A stretch of DNA of 64,000 nucleotides, from positions 15,810,001-15,874,000 of the forward strand of contig CM052827.1 of assembly GCA_028534125.1 (NCBI GenBank), written 5' to 3'. Source of the stretch: Lama glama (lineage: Eukaryota). The notes below the pieces were generated by a model, which saw only the letters and a list, made by a program, of their open reading frames with translations, had not been told where the DNA came from and searched no databases. Below are positions 13,570 through 25,270 of this stretch, in pieces. The position numbers were made by a program, and so were the translations under genes. Positions within the stretch are counted from its first letter, which is position 1. Each line of letters opens with the position of its first letter.

Positions 13570-14102
13570 CCTCTTAAACTTTACAACGTAAACTAGAATT
13601 TGGGGGATTCCACTCTGTCCCAAACCGGCCCCTCTCACAGCCCTTAGGTCGTTGGTATCACCATCCACTCAGTTGACGAGGCCAGATCCACAAGCCTTTT
13701 TTTTATTGATTGATGATTGTTAAATTTTTATTTTCTATTTTCTCCTCTGTAACGGCAGCCCCTTCTCCTCTCCCCCTCTGTTACTGTCTCCTTTGCTCCA
13801 TCTCTGCTTTTGCATGAGCTGACCACCTGCCCAGATCTCAGCTCAAATGCCACCATGCTTACCTCCCCAGAGAGCCCTGCCCTGAGTACTCCCCACACCT
13901 CCCCCACCAAGCACTCTGCATCCCAATATACTCTTTTTATTTACTCTTTATAACATTTTTCTTATTATTTCTTACTGTCTGCTCGCTTGCTCTGAGGTGG
14001 CAGCTCTTTGGGACAGCAGTTCTATCCTTGTCCAGTGAGGTGTCTCTAGCCTCCTGCACAGTTCTTGGCAACACAGAGTAGAGAGTCTATAAGTGAATAA
14101 AC
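13570..14102 (+). mobile_element. L2 LINE 3' fragment
   Basis: accatccactcagttg, agatctcagctcaaatgccacc, cacagttcttggca..gtgaataaa terminal pattern. Confidence 0.7.
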
Positions 14103-14408
14103 TGGTTAGGAGTAACTTTCCCTTCAGCTGAACATTGGGCCGTCAGACCACTGACCCTCTAGGCCTCCCTGGAGTCACCCATGGGTGTAGTCCCACCCCA
14201 CGGCCACCAGCAGACATCCCCTGTCTCCGCTGTCCTGGAAGCCCGGTGATGTCCATCCCCCAGTACATGTGCACACGTGCATACATGCACACAAGCACAC
14301 ATGCTCAGTGTGGTGCATTTGGGAGCCTGGGTGTCGAAGGCAATCCTCACAGTGATTGTGCTTTGCATAAAGAAATCTCTCCTTGTATCAGTTCTCTGTC
14401 ATGGATCA

Positions 14409-14885
14409 TGTAACCAACAGGACCTTGTGGGGCCTTCCCAGGACAGATCCCGCCCCCATATCCTCTGCCGCAGCTCCTCTCTGAAGCACCCAGATGGTAG
14501 TGTCTCATGCTTATTTCCTAAGTCTTTCAGATGCTAAAAACCACCCCCAAAGGGAAGAAATTAACTACTTGATAATCGAGAGCGTGTGCTGCCAGGCCTT
14601 CTGGAGTCTAGGAGTTGATAGTACTAACCACCCTGTTCCCTCAACATCAAAAACCAGTCAGAGAATTGTGCATGAGCTGATCATACACCTGTGACCCCTC
14701 TCTTCTATCTGGCCTTTAAATACGCTTTGCTGACACCCTTCGGAAAGTTTGGGGTTCTCTTGGGCATGAGACACCCCATCCTCCTTGCTCAGCCCTGCAG
14801 TAAACTGTTCTCTGCCCCAAACACTCATGTTTCGGTTTCTTTGGCCTCACGGTGCATCAGGCACCTGAACTTGCCTTCGGTAACA
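14409..14885 (+). mobile_element. ERV1-type solo LTR (477 bp)
   Basis: TGTAACC...GGTAACA near-inverted termini, 4-bp TSD atca/gtca, TATA-like tttaaata (~14715) and AGTAAA polyA-signal variant (~14799). Confidence 0.8.
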
Positions 14886-15099
14886 GTCATTTCATGACTG
14901 CCTGCAGTCCTGGCACACGTGAACTGAATGAAAAGCAGCCACTGTCTTTGATGGCTCACAGGAGATCTCTCTCTGAGACTGGGGTCTGTGCTTTGGTCTG
15001 AGTGCTACCAGTCAAAACCCACATTCTGAATTAATCCAGAGACACACTCAGGCACAATTCTCACCCTTGTAACAGCTAGAACTTGGGTGTCCACATTTC

Positions 15100-15215
15100 A
15101 CTTTCCTGTGAAATGTCCTTAGGCCAGAGATGGTGTGCACTTGTTTGAATGTATCCAGCCTACAGCATTGGACTTGACATCTACTAAGCACTCAGTAAAC
15201 TTATGAATGGATGCT
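15100..15215 (+). mobile_element. L2 3' end
   Basis: taagcactcagtaaacttatgaatggatg terminal motif. Confidence 0.6.
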
Positions 15216-15482
15216 TTGACCTCATGTCTGACCCGGCCTGCTCACTTTCAAAGGCCCTGCCTCGTGCCCCTGGCCACACACTCAGCCCCCTTACGGCCCC
15301 AGTTCCCCACAATGCTGAGTTCTTGGAGTCCCTCTACACCTGGAACTTTCTGATTTATAGATCTACTCCTACGTCCTGTAGCTTATCATCAGTTCAAATT
15401 GCTGATCCCAATCCTCCCACCTCTCCCCTCTGGGCCACCGTGAGATCCCTCCCAGCTGCCTTTCCTGATGGCTTTGGGAGGA

Positions 15483-15520
15483 TTAGGGTTAGGGTTAAGG
15501 AGAGTTAGGGTTAGGGAGGG
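15483..15520 (+). repeat. Short telomere-like (TTAGGG)n tract
   Basis: TTAGGG TTAGGG TTAAGG AGAG TTAGGG TTAGGG AGGG. Confidence 0.85.
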
Positions 15521-17454
15521 TGTTCCTCAGCTATTTCCCAAGATGTGGAATCTTCTGCGGCGAATGTACCCTTCTCTGTCTGAGCCCTGTTGGGGAAGGA
15601 AGTTTTCCCAAGCAGGGGAATTCCTAGGCAGGCAGGGGCTGCTGCAATGTCAGAGCAAGGGCAGCATCTTGAGTGAATTTTTCTTAGATCACGGTAGAGC
15701 TCCTCCTGCCCTCTTTCTCTCTTTCCCCACTCCTGCTTTCATTTTCTCTTGCTTTCTTCTTCCCATTGTCTCTTTCTTTCCCTTTCATCTTCCCCTTGGC
15801 TTGGGAAAACTTATTACAAACCAACGTTGTCGGACAACTTTTGTAAATGGTGCCCAACATTTATCACATTTGTGTTCAATATTTTTCTTACATATAAAGA
15901 CCTNNNNNNNNNNNNNNNNNNNNNNNNNNNNNNNNNNNNNNNNNNNNNNNNNNNNNNNNNNNNNNNNNNNNNNNNNNNNNNNNNNNNNNNNNNNNNNNNN
16001 NNNNNNNNNNNNNNNNNNNNNNNNNNNNNNNNNNNAAATGACAAATATATTGCGGTATTAGCAAGAGCTGGCTTAAACCCACCTAAGACGGTAGAGTCAG
16101 AATTCATTCCCTTTTTGCATGGCTGAAAAGATGAGGAGACCAAGATGGGCCTGCTGGTTGCAGTGTCTCACTGTGTACCCAGCACAGGGACCTGGCTGGG
16201 TGGCCTCCTCGCTTCCCCATGTGCTGGCTGGCTTTCCAGGTCCCAGGGCTGAAGTCTGGAGCAGAGCTTTCCCTCACTCTAGGTTTGTATTTTGCAAAAG
16301 CCTTCGAAAGCCTTTGCTATTTTCTGTCCTACTAATTACCTTTACTCCTCCAGGGACCCTACCTAAGTGGCCCCAGTGTGCCAGCTCAGTCCCCAGAGCT
16401 GTGAGGAGCATGATGCCCTGCACAGGAAGCACTTTCTGTGCTCTGTAATTGAGGGGCATGTGTGCTTCCCATCCTCCCTCCTTTCCCCATCCTTTCTTCT
16501 CTCATTCCTTCTTAAGTGGAGCTCCTACTACATGCCAAGCTAAAATGTTCTCCTGTCCCACCCCTTAAGAATCATCAAGTCTAAAAGCAAGTTCAGGGTG
16601 GACCAATTTAAGAGGGTGAACTACAAGGGGATGTCCACAGTCAGAGAGCTAAGAAAGGGATGAAAAAGGATGCTCAGGGAGGAGGTAAACCCTTGAAATG
16701 GACTTGGCACCGGTTCTGGGGCACTTCTGGGGTTGAAGCGTCAATAATGGATCTGTTGCAATTCAGCCACAGAGATGATGTACGAGGCTTTTCTACTGAC
16801 ATTGACTCAGGTCACTGGGCCCATTGGAGACGATACAATGTCAATGAAACTGTTATGTGTTATTGATGTCAGTCACGGAATAGATAAAAACATTATAAAA
16901 ATAGCTTTTGTAGCCATTTACATTTTTTTTTCATAAATGGTAAAAGGCATCAGTCCCTACCTGCCAGAGAGTGAGGCAGCAAAGGATTGGTTTTCATATC
17001 AGGGACTGTGAAATCTCAGGAGGTCAGAAGGGGGGACCTTCCCCATGACAAGTGACTGCAGAACAAATGCCGTGGAGTGGCACAGTCCTCACCATCAAAG
17101 GAAGGTGGGAGGAGGGTGGCAACTGACTCAGTAAAGTACAGGCTCCTCCACCCAACAGACACCCATTAAAACCCTACTGCATGCTGGAAATGGGAAATAA
17201 CCCTCCCTGTCCTGATTCAGCTCATAGCTTAATGGACTCTCAGGGTTCTCATCTGGAAGTTGGGGATCACATGTCCCCTCAGGGATGTTGTGAGAGGAGA
17301 ATGGCCACATCCCTGCTCCCTTGATGTGATTTACTCTTTGGGGTACCATGTCGGGACATTAACCTGTGTCAGGATCATGCTGGAAAACCAGAGAAGTGTT
17401 GTCTTAGGGAGGGTCCCCTGGTTGGGCATCTTTGGGTGCAGGGCAGGCATATCA

Positions 17455-17735
17455 CTCCTTTTTACATAGGAAGACACTGAAGTGATTTGGCCAAAGACCA
17501 TAAGGTAAGTAACTGACACAGTCGAATAAGGTCCAAGTCCGCTGGACTCTAACGTATGTACCTGTTTTGTTACACTTTGCTGCTCCCTCATGTGGCAAGA
17601 CAGGAGATGCTCCTTGGGCTCTGAGAGTTCAGTATTTGGGGGAATTCTGGGGCTAGTTTAGGGGCAAGTCAAGACTCGAATCTTCTGACTCCCAGGCCAA
17701 TGTTCTTTCTCCAGGACCGCACTGCTTCCCTCTCT
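17455..17735 (-). mobile_element. Two MIR fragments
   Basis: tttacataggaagacactgaagtgatttggccaaag; cttctgactcccaggccaatgttctttc. Confidence 0.55.
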
Positions 17736-18944
17736 ACCCACTGCATGGTCCATACCCACACTTCTCCCACACACGAATCTGCTTAACTTAGAGCCAGGCA
17801 AGAGGTCTTGAAAAGCCATTCTCCAAAACGTGTAGGACACTCAGCCTAGATTTCCCAGCATGGCTCTTCCTGATACCTGTATGTCTGGCAGAGTGAGAAG
17901 CCCGAGAGTTTGAATAATAATCGATCAACCTTTAATGATAATCCCTGTCTACTAGAACTAGCAGGGACACCAGAGCCTGAGAACCAGCCCTCGACCAGGC
18001 CAAGGCCCCCCAGATCTTCTTCATGACAAAGTACAGGAGCCCCTAGTGGAGTGATGTTCACTGAAAGGTCTGGCCAGTGATTTCATTGGCTAACTCTGGA
18101 ATAAGGCATCAGCTTCAGGTGCCCACATCCATTAGGCTGTTGGCCCCAGGATGCAGGGTCCAGTCTGTGCTCTCAGGCAGGAGTTCTCAGCTTAGGATAG
18201 GAATTTCCACAGCTCACCCACAGGACATTTTTACCATTACTCAGCCATTGAGCTAAGCCCCTTGATCCCAGAACCACCACCCAATGTAATTAAAAACTGA
18301 GTGATTATCATCATCTGAAAGGAACCCAACGTATTGGGCAAGCCTACTACAAAAATACACATAGAGAAAGCTAATGGGAAATCAAGGGGGAAGTAATGAA
18401 TAAATAATAAAACAGCATCTTTTATAAGGGTAAAAATTGCCCAGACCCTGAGATACGTAACAAAAAAAATATTCAAATCTCTTCTGACGCATTCATCTAC
18501 ATATGGAAGAATTGTTGCATAAGAGATTCTGAGTGAAAGTGTTAACTTTTACTAAATAGTGTATTTAAAATCTGAAGCAAAGGGCAGCTTTGAAGAGACA
18601 CACATTTTATTGCAGTAGCTAAGCAGAAATTTGGGTTCAACCTCCCTGGGTGGAGCCAGCTGCCACTCCACACCATCGCAGCCATGGCCTTTAGTGCTGG
18701 CCTTTTTAATGTCCCTCTTTGTGCTGGGGTGTAAATCTGCTATGGCTGTATATTCCACAGTCAACCCCTAAGACTTTCCACTTACCACTGACTGCTTCTC
18801 AGCTCCTGGCTCTTGGGTCTCAATTGAGCCAGGACTTGGCCTCTGCCGGACCCCCCATTCACATTCTATGCTTAATTCTAGGTCAGCTTTACACTTTTTC
18901 ATTCATGATAAGGCCACCAATGCAAAAGGAAAGTAACTAGCAAT

Positions 18945-19195
18945 GCAGTTACCTATTGGTTAAGAGTATGGGCTCTGGGATGAGATTGTCTGACTGTGTC
19001 TTGTGCCTAACTCTGAATAGCAGAGCCATTTTAGGAAAGACACATAACCTCTCTGTGTCACGATTTTTTCCATCTGCAAAATGTCAACAATAATACAGTT
19101 TACCTCATAGCATTGATATGAGACTAAAAACATTAATAAATGTGAAGTTTTAGAAGCATGTGGATCATAGAGTGTTCAATAAATGTTACCTATTA
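18945..19195 (+). mobile_element. Near full-length MIR
   Basis: ggttaagagtatgggctctgg...aacctctctgtgtc...catctgcaaaatg...tacctcatag...tcaataaatgttacctatta. Confidence 0.85.
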
Positions 19196-19639
19196 GTGTG
19201 TGTGTCTGTGTGTGCATGTGTGTGTGTTTAAGTGTCTATAGAGAGAAGATCTGGAATGTGTAGCAATAAAGAAAGCCCTGGGGTCTGTTATGCTAGCTGT
19301 TCCTGGCTGCCTTCTGTCTTGGCAGAAGGTGATAGGCACCTCACCACTGCTCAGCTCTAAATCTCAGAGAAGCCTCCCTAAAATGATCATAAAACTGCTG
19401 CTTCTCCTATTTCACACTTATTACTAAGGGAGCCACCTGTCCAGCTCCAGGTCATAGACCAAAAACAGCTCACTGCCAATGTGGTGCTGCAGATTCAGTG
19501 TGCAAAGGGAACCTGAGAAAGGGATTCCACTGGAGTTGACCACTGTATCTATCCTTGTCAATGGTTTGGTTTGGTTTTAGCGCTTTCAGTTGGGACAATT
19601 GGGTCTCATCAGCCTAATCTCTTCTGAGTAGCCATGGGA

Positions 19640-19785
19640 TGAAAACCCAGCATTTAACTTTGAAGGCAGAGAGATATGGGTCTGAACTCCAGGAGATCTA
19701 CTTATACTTGTGTGGCTTTGGGACGTTACTTAATGCCTCTGAGCATCAATTTTCTCACTTGCAAAATAGGGATGATATTACAGTT
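19640..19785 (+). mobile_element. MIR fragment
   Basis: tgtggctttgggacgttacttaatgcctctgagcatcaattttctcacttgcaaaatagggatgat. Confidence 0.75.
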
Positions 19786-19869
19786 GATACTCATATCAAA
19801 AACAGTCATAAATATTGCTCAGTATGGTGCCTAGCCTAGGAAAGATAAGAGATTGTTTGTGTTTAATAA

Positions 19870-20717
19870 AACTTGGCAAAGCAAGATGAAAGAAAACTAG
19901 CAGAAATAAAGCAGTAGAAACAGATCCACAGTGGCTCCAAATAATGAAAACATAAGGCAGCCTTTAAAATAATTATGCTAAACAATTATACTCTCTCTGT
20001 TTAAAAAAAAATAAGTTTTGAAATATTTCCAGGGAATAGAATTTCTGAAAAAGAATGACACAGCAGAATAGAAAAGGGACATTCTAGAACAATAAATACA
20101 ACTGAAATTAAAAACTCAATATATAAGTTTTACAGAAAATTGAAATCAGCTAAAGAGAAAATTAGTAAAATGGAGGACATATCAAAAGAAATATACAAAA
20201 ATATGACCTAATAGATTTTAGAATAGGCTATCCTAAAATGATAGCCTATCCTAAAATGATAGGCAAGAAAAAACAGAAGGGAAATAAGAGCTATAGATGA
20301 TGCAGTGAGAAGCCTAATATACATTTAATTGGAGGTGTACAAAAGCAGAGGAGAGAGAGAATGAGGCAGAGGCATTTGAAGACATGATGTTTGAGAATTT
20401 TTTTCTAGAAGTGATGAAAGTTATCAAGTACAGTTTCAAGAAGCCCAACAAATGCCAAAGAGGATAAAAACAAGAGAAAGAAACACATAAAACTGAAAAA
20501 CAAACAAACAAACGAAAATCCTTTAAAAACCAGGTTGAACAACAGATAATTATCAGAAGTGTAGTAATGAGATTGAAAACTGACTTCTAAATAGAAAAAA
20601 AAAGATGACAAAGAAAAATGAAGTAATATATTTTATACTGAAAGAAAAGGACTGTTAAATAATAATTCTAAGCTCTATGCCCCTCAAAATATCCTTCAAG
20701 AATGAAAGTAAAATTCA
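19870..20717 (+). mobile_element. L1M ORF1 region (outer element, first part)
   Basis: A-rich ORF1 words actgaaattaaaaactcaat, ctaatatacatttaattggag, aaaatatccttcaagaatgaa; continues at ~23415. Confidence 0.75.
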
Positions 20718-20719
20718 TT

Positions 20720-23400
20720 AAAAATAATGTATTTGAGGAAATATTGCTGATTTGAAAACTCAGCAAACCTCAAGTAAAAGCAGTACAAAGAAAATCTCAT
20801 CTAGGCACAGCATACACAAACTACTGAAAATCTAAAATAGACGAGAAATCTTGAAAGCAGCAGAGGAATACAGTACATTACATTAAGAGGAGCAACAATG
20901 TTAATAACTACTGACTTATCATCAGAAGTGCTGGAAGTCAGAAGACAGTGGAATAACATCTCTAAACTACTAAAAGATTTTTTTAAAAACCTGTGAATAC
21001 AGAAATGTCTATAGAGGGAAAATACCCTTCAAACATGAAGGTGAAATAAAGACATTTCCAGATAAATTAAAACTAAGAAAATGTGTTTCTAATAGATAAA
21101 TAGTACAAAGAACACTAGAAGAAATTCTGCAAGTATATACTACCAGTTTGACAACTAGATTTTCAGAAAGAATGTAGTCTCATAAATCATAAATGTGTAG
21201 GATAAGAAAAATACTTTCCTTTTTTAATTAAAAAAAACATAAAACTATTTGAAGCAAACACACACACACACATCAACTATAGTATACAAGACAGAGTGGG
21301 CAACAGAGGAAGATAAATGAATCTAAGTTTACTGTGAAAAACTAAAGATGAATATTTCCATCCTTAGACCATTGATATAACCAATAATCTAATAAATGTA
21401 AAAATAAAACCATATTATATGTTTAACTAAACCAAAAGAAGACAGGAAAGGAAGACCAAAAAAAATTAAATAAAATAAAATCAGAAGGGAAAACCGAAAA
21501 CAAATAGTAAAATGGAAGATGTAAATTTTACAATTCACCTGTTAAAAAATTACATTAACTGTAAAGAACTAAACTCTCCAATTCAAAGAGATTGTCAGAA
21601 ATAATTTTTAAAACAGTATAAAATGATATGTTTTCTATAACAGATTCAAATTAAAAACAAAGACACAAATAACTTGAAAGTAAAAGGATAGGAAAACACA
21701 GAGCATTTAAAGAATGAAAGCACTCAAAGAAGGCTGAAGATATATCAAAATAACACAAAAATAAGGTTACAGAGGCTCTCACTCTCCACAAGAAGGGCAA
21801 ATTTAGCATCAAAAATCATGGTGGAAATAGATTATAATACCAGAAATTAAAAGTAAATAAAAATTCATAGTAATATTCTGCAGCAAAGAATGATGGATAT
21901 AAGCCCTTAAACAAATGATCTAATTAGAAAAGCACATTTTAAAAACCAGTGCAATCATTATTTAGATAAGGATAATTGATTAAATCTTTGAAGGTTAAAA
22001 ACATGGTTGAAAGTTTTTGTGGGAGCAGGATATTTAGGCAGTGCTATAGATTGAATGCTTGCATCTCTCCAAAATTCAATACCCAAGGTGATGGTATTAG
22101 GAATGTGAGGCCTTTGGGGGATGCTGAAGTTCTGAGGGTGGAATCCTCATGATTGGGATTAGTGTCCTTCAAAGAGACCCCAGAGAGCCAATTTGTCCCT
22201 TCTACCATGTAAGTTTATAGCAGGAACACAGCCGTCAGTGAGGAAATGAGCCCTCACCACTCACCAAATCTTCCAGCACCATGATCTTGGATTTTTCAGC
22301 CTCTAGAACTGAGAAATAAGTGAGAAATAAGACACCCAGTTTATGATTATTTTATAGTAGTCCTAACTGACTAACATAACAGTCTAAAGTTAGTTCAATC
22401 AAAATTCATTTTAGAAAAGTATTTAGAAATTACAAAGGGAAAATAGTAATAGTACAGAAGAGAAATGTGGTGAATAAAATTAATATAAAAAATTAAGGAT
22501 GTGTATCTAATCCCTGGAGCAAATACCAAAGCAATCAAAGAGGTACAGCTAAAAATCTGACAAAAATAATATAGCAAATTGACACCAGATGCTTACTGAA
22601 ATGATGCACTGAAAATAACATAGTTACGGCTATAGTGTTCATCCCAAAACACATAACTTAAACCTAAACATTAGGAGACATCTACCAAATTGAGGAACGT
22701 TTTACAAAATAACTTTCTGGTTTCTCTTCAAAAATGTCCATGCCATGAAAGACAATAGAAGAATAGGAAATGTTCCAGATTAAAGGAAACTAAAGAGACA
22801 ACCCAATTAAATTCTAGATAGTGGTCCTGGATTGGATACTGAATTGAAGAGGAATTCCTATGGAGAACGTTATGGCGATAGTTAGTAAAATTAAAAATTA
22901 GGCTGTAATTCAATAATGATATTATAAGTGACCATCACTGGTTGGACAGCCTGACACTTTGTACCTCCTGATGTGTGGAGAGAAGAAATACATACACCCC
23001 TCCCCGTGTAATATTCTTCACAAAATGTTAAACTTAAATCAAATCATGAAAAAAGTACTCTGAAAAATCCAGCAGACAACCAGCACGGTTCTTCAAAAAT
23101 GACATTGTCATGAAAGACCAAAAGTAATAACAATAATTTAAAAAATAAATGAACAGATAGTATTCTAGGCTGAAAAAGACTACAGAGACATAACCAGGTA
23201 AATCCTTATAAAAGTATCCAGCCATCTTGGGGGCAACTATGAAAATCTGATTGTTAGCTTTATTTTAGATGTCACTACATCCATGTTTATCTCTTCTGTG
23301 TGATGATGGTACTGTGGTTGTGGTAGAAGAATACTTGCTTTTATTAGGGGTGGGTAGTGTTTTCTATGTGTAGACATTGATAAACATTCTAGTATCAGAA
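20720..23400 (+). mobile_element. Second L1 (ORF1 to ORF2 start, then L1MC4/5-like 3' UTR) nested in the first
   Basis: Repeats ORF1 C-terminal words (atacccttcaaacatgaaggtgaaataaagacatttccaga), ORF2 start at ~21550, then 3'UTR words ccaaattgaggaacgttttacaaaataac and tgttccagattaaagg. Confidence 0.7.
22042..22378 (+). mobile_element. MaLR solo LTR, MLT1A0-like
   Basis: TGCTATAGATTGAATG start, gggtggaatcctcatgattgggattagtg, ttcagcctctagaactgagaaataa; internal 11-bp tandem duplication tgagaaataag. Confidence 0.85.
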
Positions 23401-23891
23401 AAACAAAGTGCGATAATGACTTTTTTAGACAAACAAAAGCTGGGAGAGCTTCTCACTAGCGGATCTGCATTACAAGAAACAGGGAAGGGAGTCCTTTAGG
23501 AAAAGGATTCCAGATGGAAGGTCAGAGATGTAGGAAAGAATAAAGAGCTCTGGGCAAATCTAAATGAAAAAAACTATCTGTATCAAACAATAACAATGAT
23601 ATTTTGTGGCATTTAAGATGTTCAGAGAATGCCCAACACCAGGAGCACATGAGCTGAAATTGGGCAAAGGAAGTATTCTATTACCTTCTCTAGAAAGCGT
23701 GTAAAGTTACCAAATTGACATTAGAGTTTTGATAAGTCAAGGATGAAAACTGCCAGCTCTAGGGCAGGGATTCTCAGCCTTGGCAGATGACATTTGGGGC
23801 CATATGTTCTTCGTTGTGGGAGACTTTTCCGCATACTGTAGAATGTTTAGCAGCAATTCTGGCCTCTACTAACTAGCTACCACTAGCAATC

Positions 23892-24707
23892 TGCGATAGT
23901 TAATTTTACGGTGCTAACTTACTGGATCATGGGATTCCCAGATATGTGGCTGAACATCACTTCTGGGTGTGTCTGTTGGGGTGTTTTCAGAAGAGGTTAA
24001 TTTCATTTGAAGTCACACTAGCATTTGAGATGGTAGACTGAGTAAGGGGATTGCTCTGATCCCCAGAGTGAGTGGGCATCAAACAATCGGCTGAAGGCTG
24101 GACTAGAACAAGAAGGTGGAAGAAGGGTGGATCCACTCTCTCTCTGCCTGACTGATGGAGCTGGAACACCCATCTTCCCCTGCCCTTGGTACTCCTGGTT
24201 CTTAGGCTTTCCTAGGTCTCTAACTTGCAGGTGGCCTATTAGGGAATTTCTGAGCCTCCATATTTGTATGGGCCAATAACTTCTCATAAATTTCCATCCA
24301 TTATATATATATACACACAGGCATATAGGCATGGGCATATATAGGCTGTGTTTTACTTTATTGCTCTTCACAGATATTGCCTGTTGAACAAATTCCAGGT
24401 TTGTGGCAACCCTGTGTTGTCAGATGATGGTTAGCATTTATCAACAATAAAGTAATTTTTTAATTAAGATGTGTAAGTTGCTTTTTTAGACGTAACGCTA
24501 TTGCACACTTAATATAGTACCATGTGGTGTAAACATAACTTGCAGTGGGAAACCAAAAAAAAAAAAAAAAGAGAAAAAAACAATTTGTATGACTCACTTT
24601 ATTGCAGTGTATATGTACACACACACGTGCATATGTATATATATTTATGTATTAATGTGTGTATATACATATTAGTTCTATTTCTCTAGAGAATCCTGAC
24701 TAATACA
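23892..24707 (+). mobile_element. ERVL solo LTR (MLT2 family), split by a Tigger1 derivative
   Basis: TGCGATAGTTAATTTTA start, tctgggtgtgtctg, tggtagactgagtaa, TA-rich tract, and ttctatttctctagagaatcctgactaataca end. Confidence 0.85.
24318..24609 (+). mobile_element. Internally deleted Tigger1 (Tigger1a-like)
   Basis: caggcata left end; ggtttgtggcaaccctg joined directly to tcagatgatggttagcattt; gctattgcacacttaat; gactcactttattgc; right TIR not visible. Confidence 0.8.
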
Positions 24708-25114
24708 CAACACCCTCCCTAAACCTTGCTGCCATGATTGTGACATTCAATCTTCTCCCCAGACATTGCCAAACTTCCCTTAAGGTGAGAGGAATCTCTC
24801 TAGTTGAAAACCAATGCACTAGGGTAACTAAAAAAACCATAGTAAATGAGTAGATACCTTCCAAAGTAATAAGGAAACACTGGAAGGAGTAATAAGATAT
24901 TTAACCCAAAGATAACAAAAAAAAAAAAGCATAGGGTGGATAAGACTAGTCAAAGGCACCTAATGGGTTGGTAGATTTAAATCCAGATAGGACATAATTA
25001 CATTAAAAAGTAAATGAAATGCTCCAATTAAAAGACAAGGGTTGCCAGAATGATAGGTCATGGAAGGCACAATGAATTCTGTTAATACCCCTGGGTGCAC
25101 AGCTTCCCCAGGTC

Positions 25115-25270
25115 ATGGGACAAGCACTGAACCTGGTGTTGGGGTCCCAGAGTTCTCTGTCATTGCTCGGCTGTGGGACCTTTGGGCAGGGTGCTTATAT
25201 TCCCTAAGTCTCAGTTACTTTATTAGGAAATGATGAATTTGAATTAGACCAGTGATCCTCCAGGCATCAG
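25115..25270 (+). mobile_element. MIR fragment
   Basis: ctgtgggacctttgggcagg..ccctaagtctcagttac. Confidence 0.55.

Larger units (their letters stand above)
23765..24816 (+). mobile_element. MER20 (hAT-Charlie), split by an MLT2 LTR (parts 23765-23891 and 24708-24816)
   Basis: cagggattctcagccttggca..gacatttggggcca..tagaatgtttagcagc; ccagacattgccaaa..gttgaaaaccaatg; 8-bp TSD ctctaggg/cactaggg. Confidence 0.85.
23415..25055 (+). mobile_element. Outer L1M resumed (ORF1 end to ORF2 start), interrupted by MER20
   Basis: gacttttttagacaaacaaaagctgggagag continues the ORF1 text broken at 20717; ataattacattaaaagtaaatg..ccaattaaaagacaa ORF2 start at ~24995. Confidence 0.7.
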
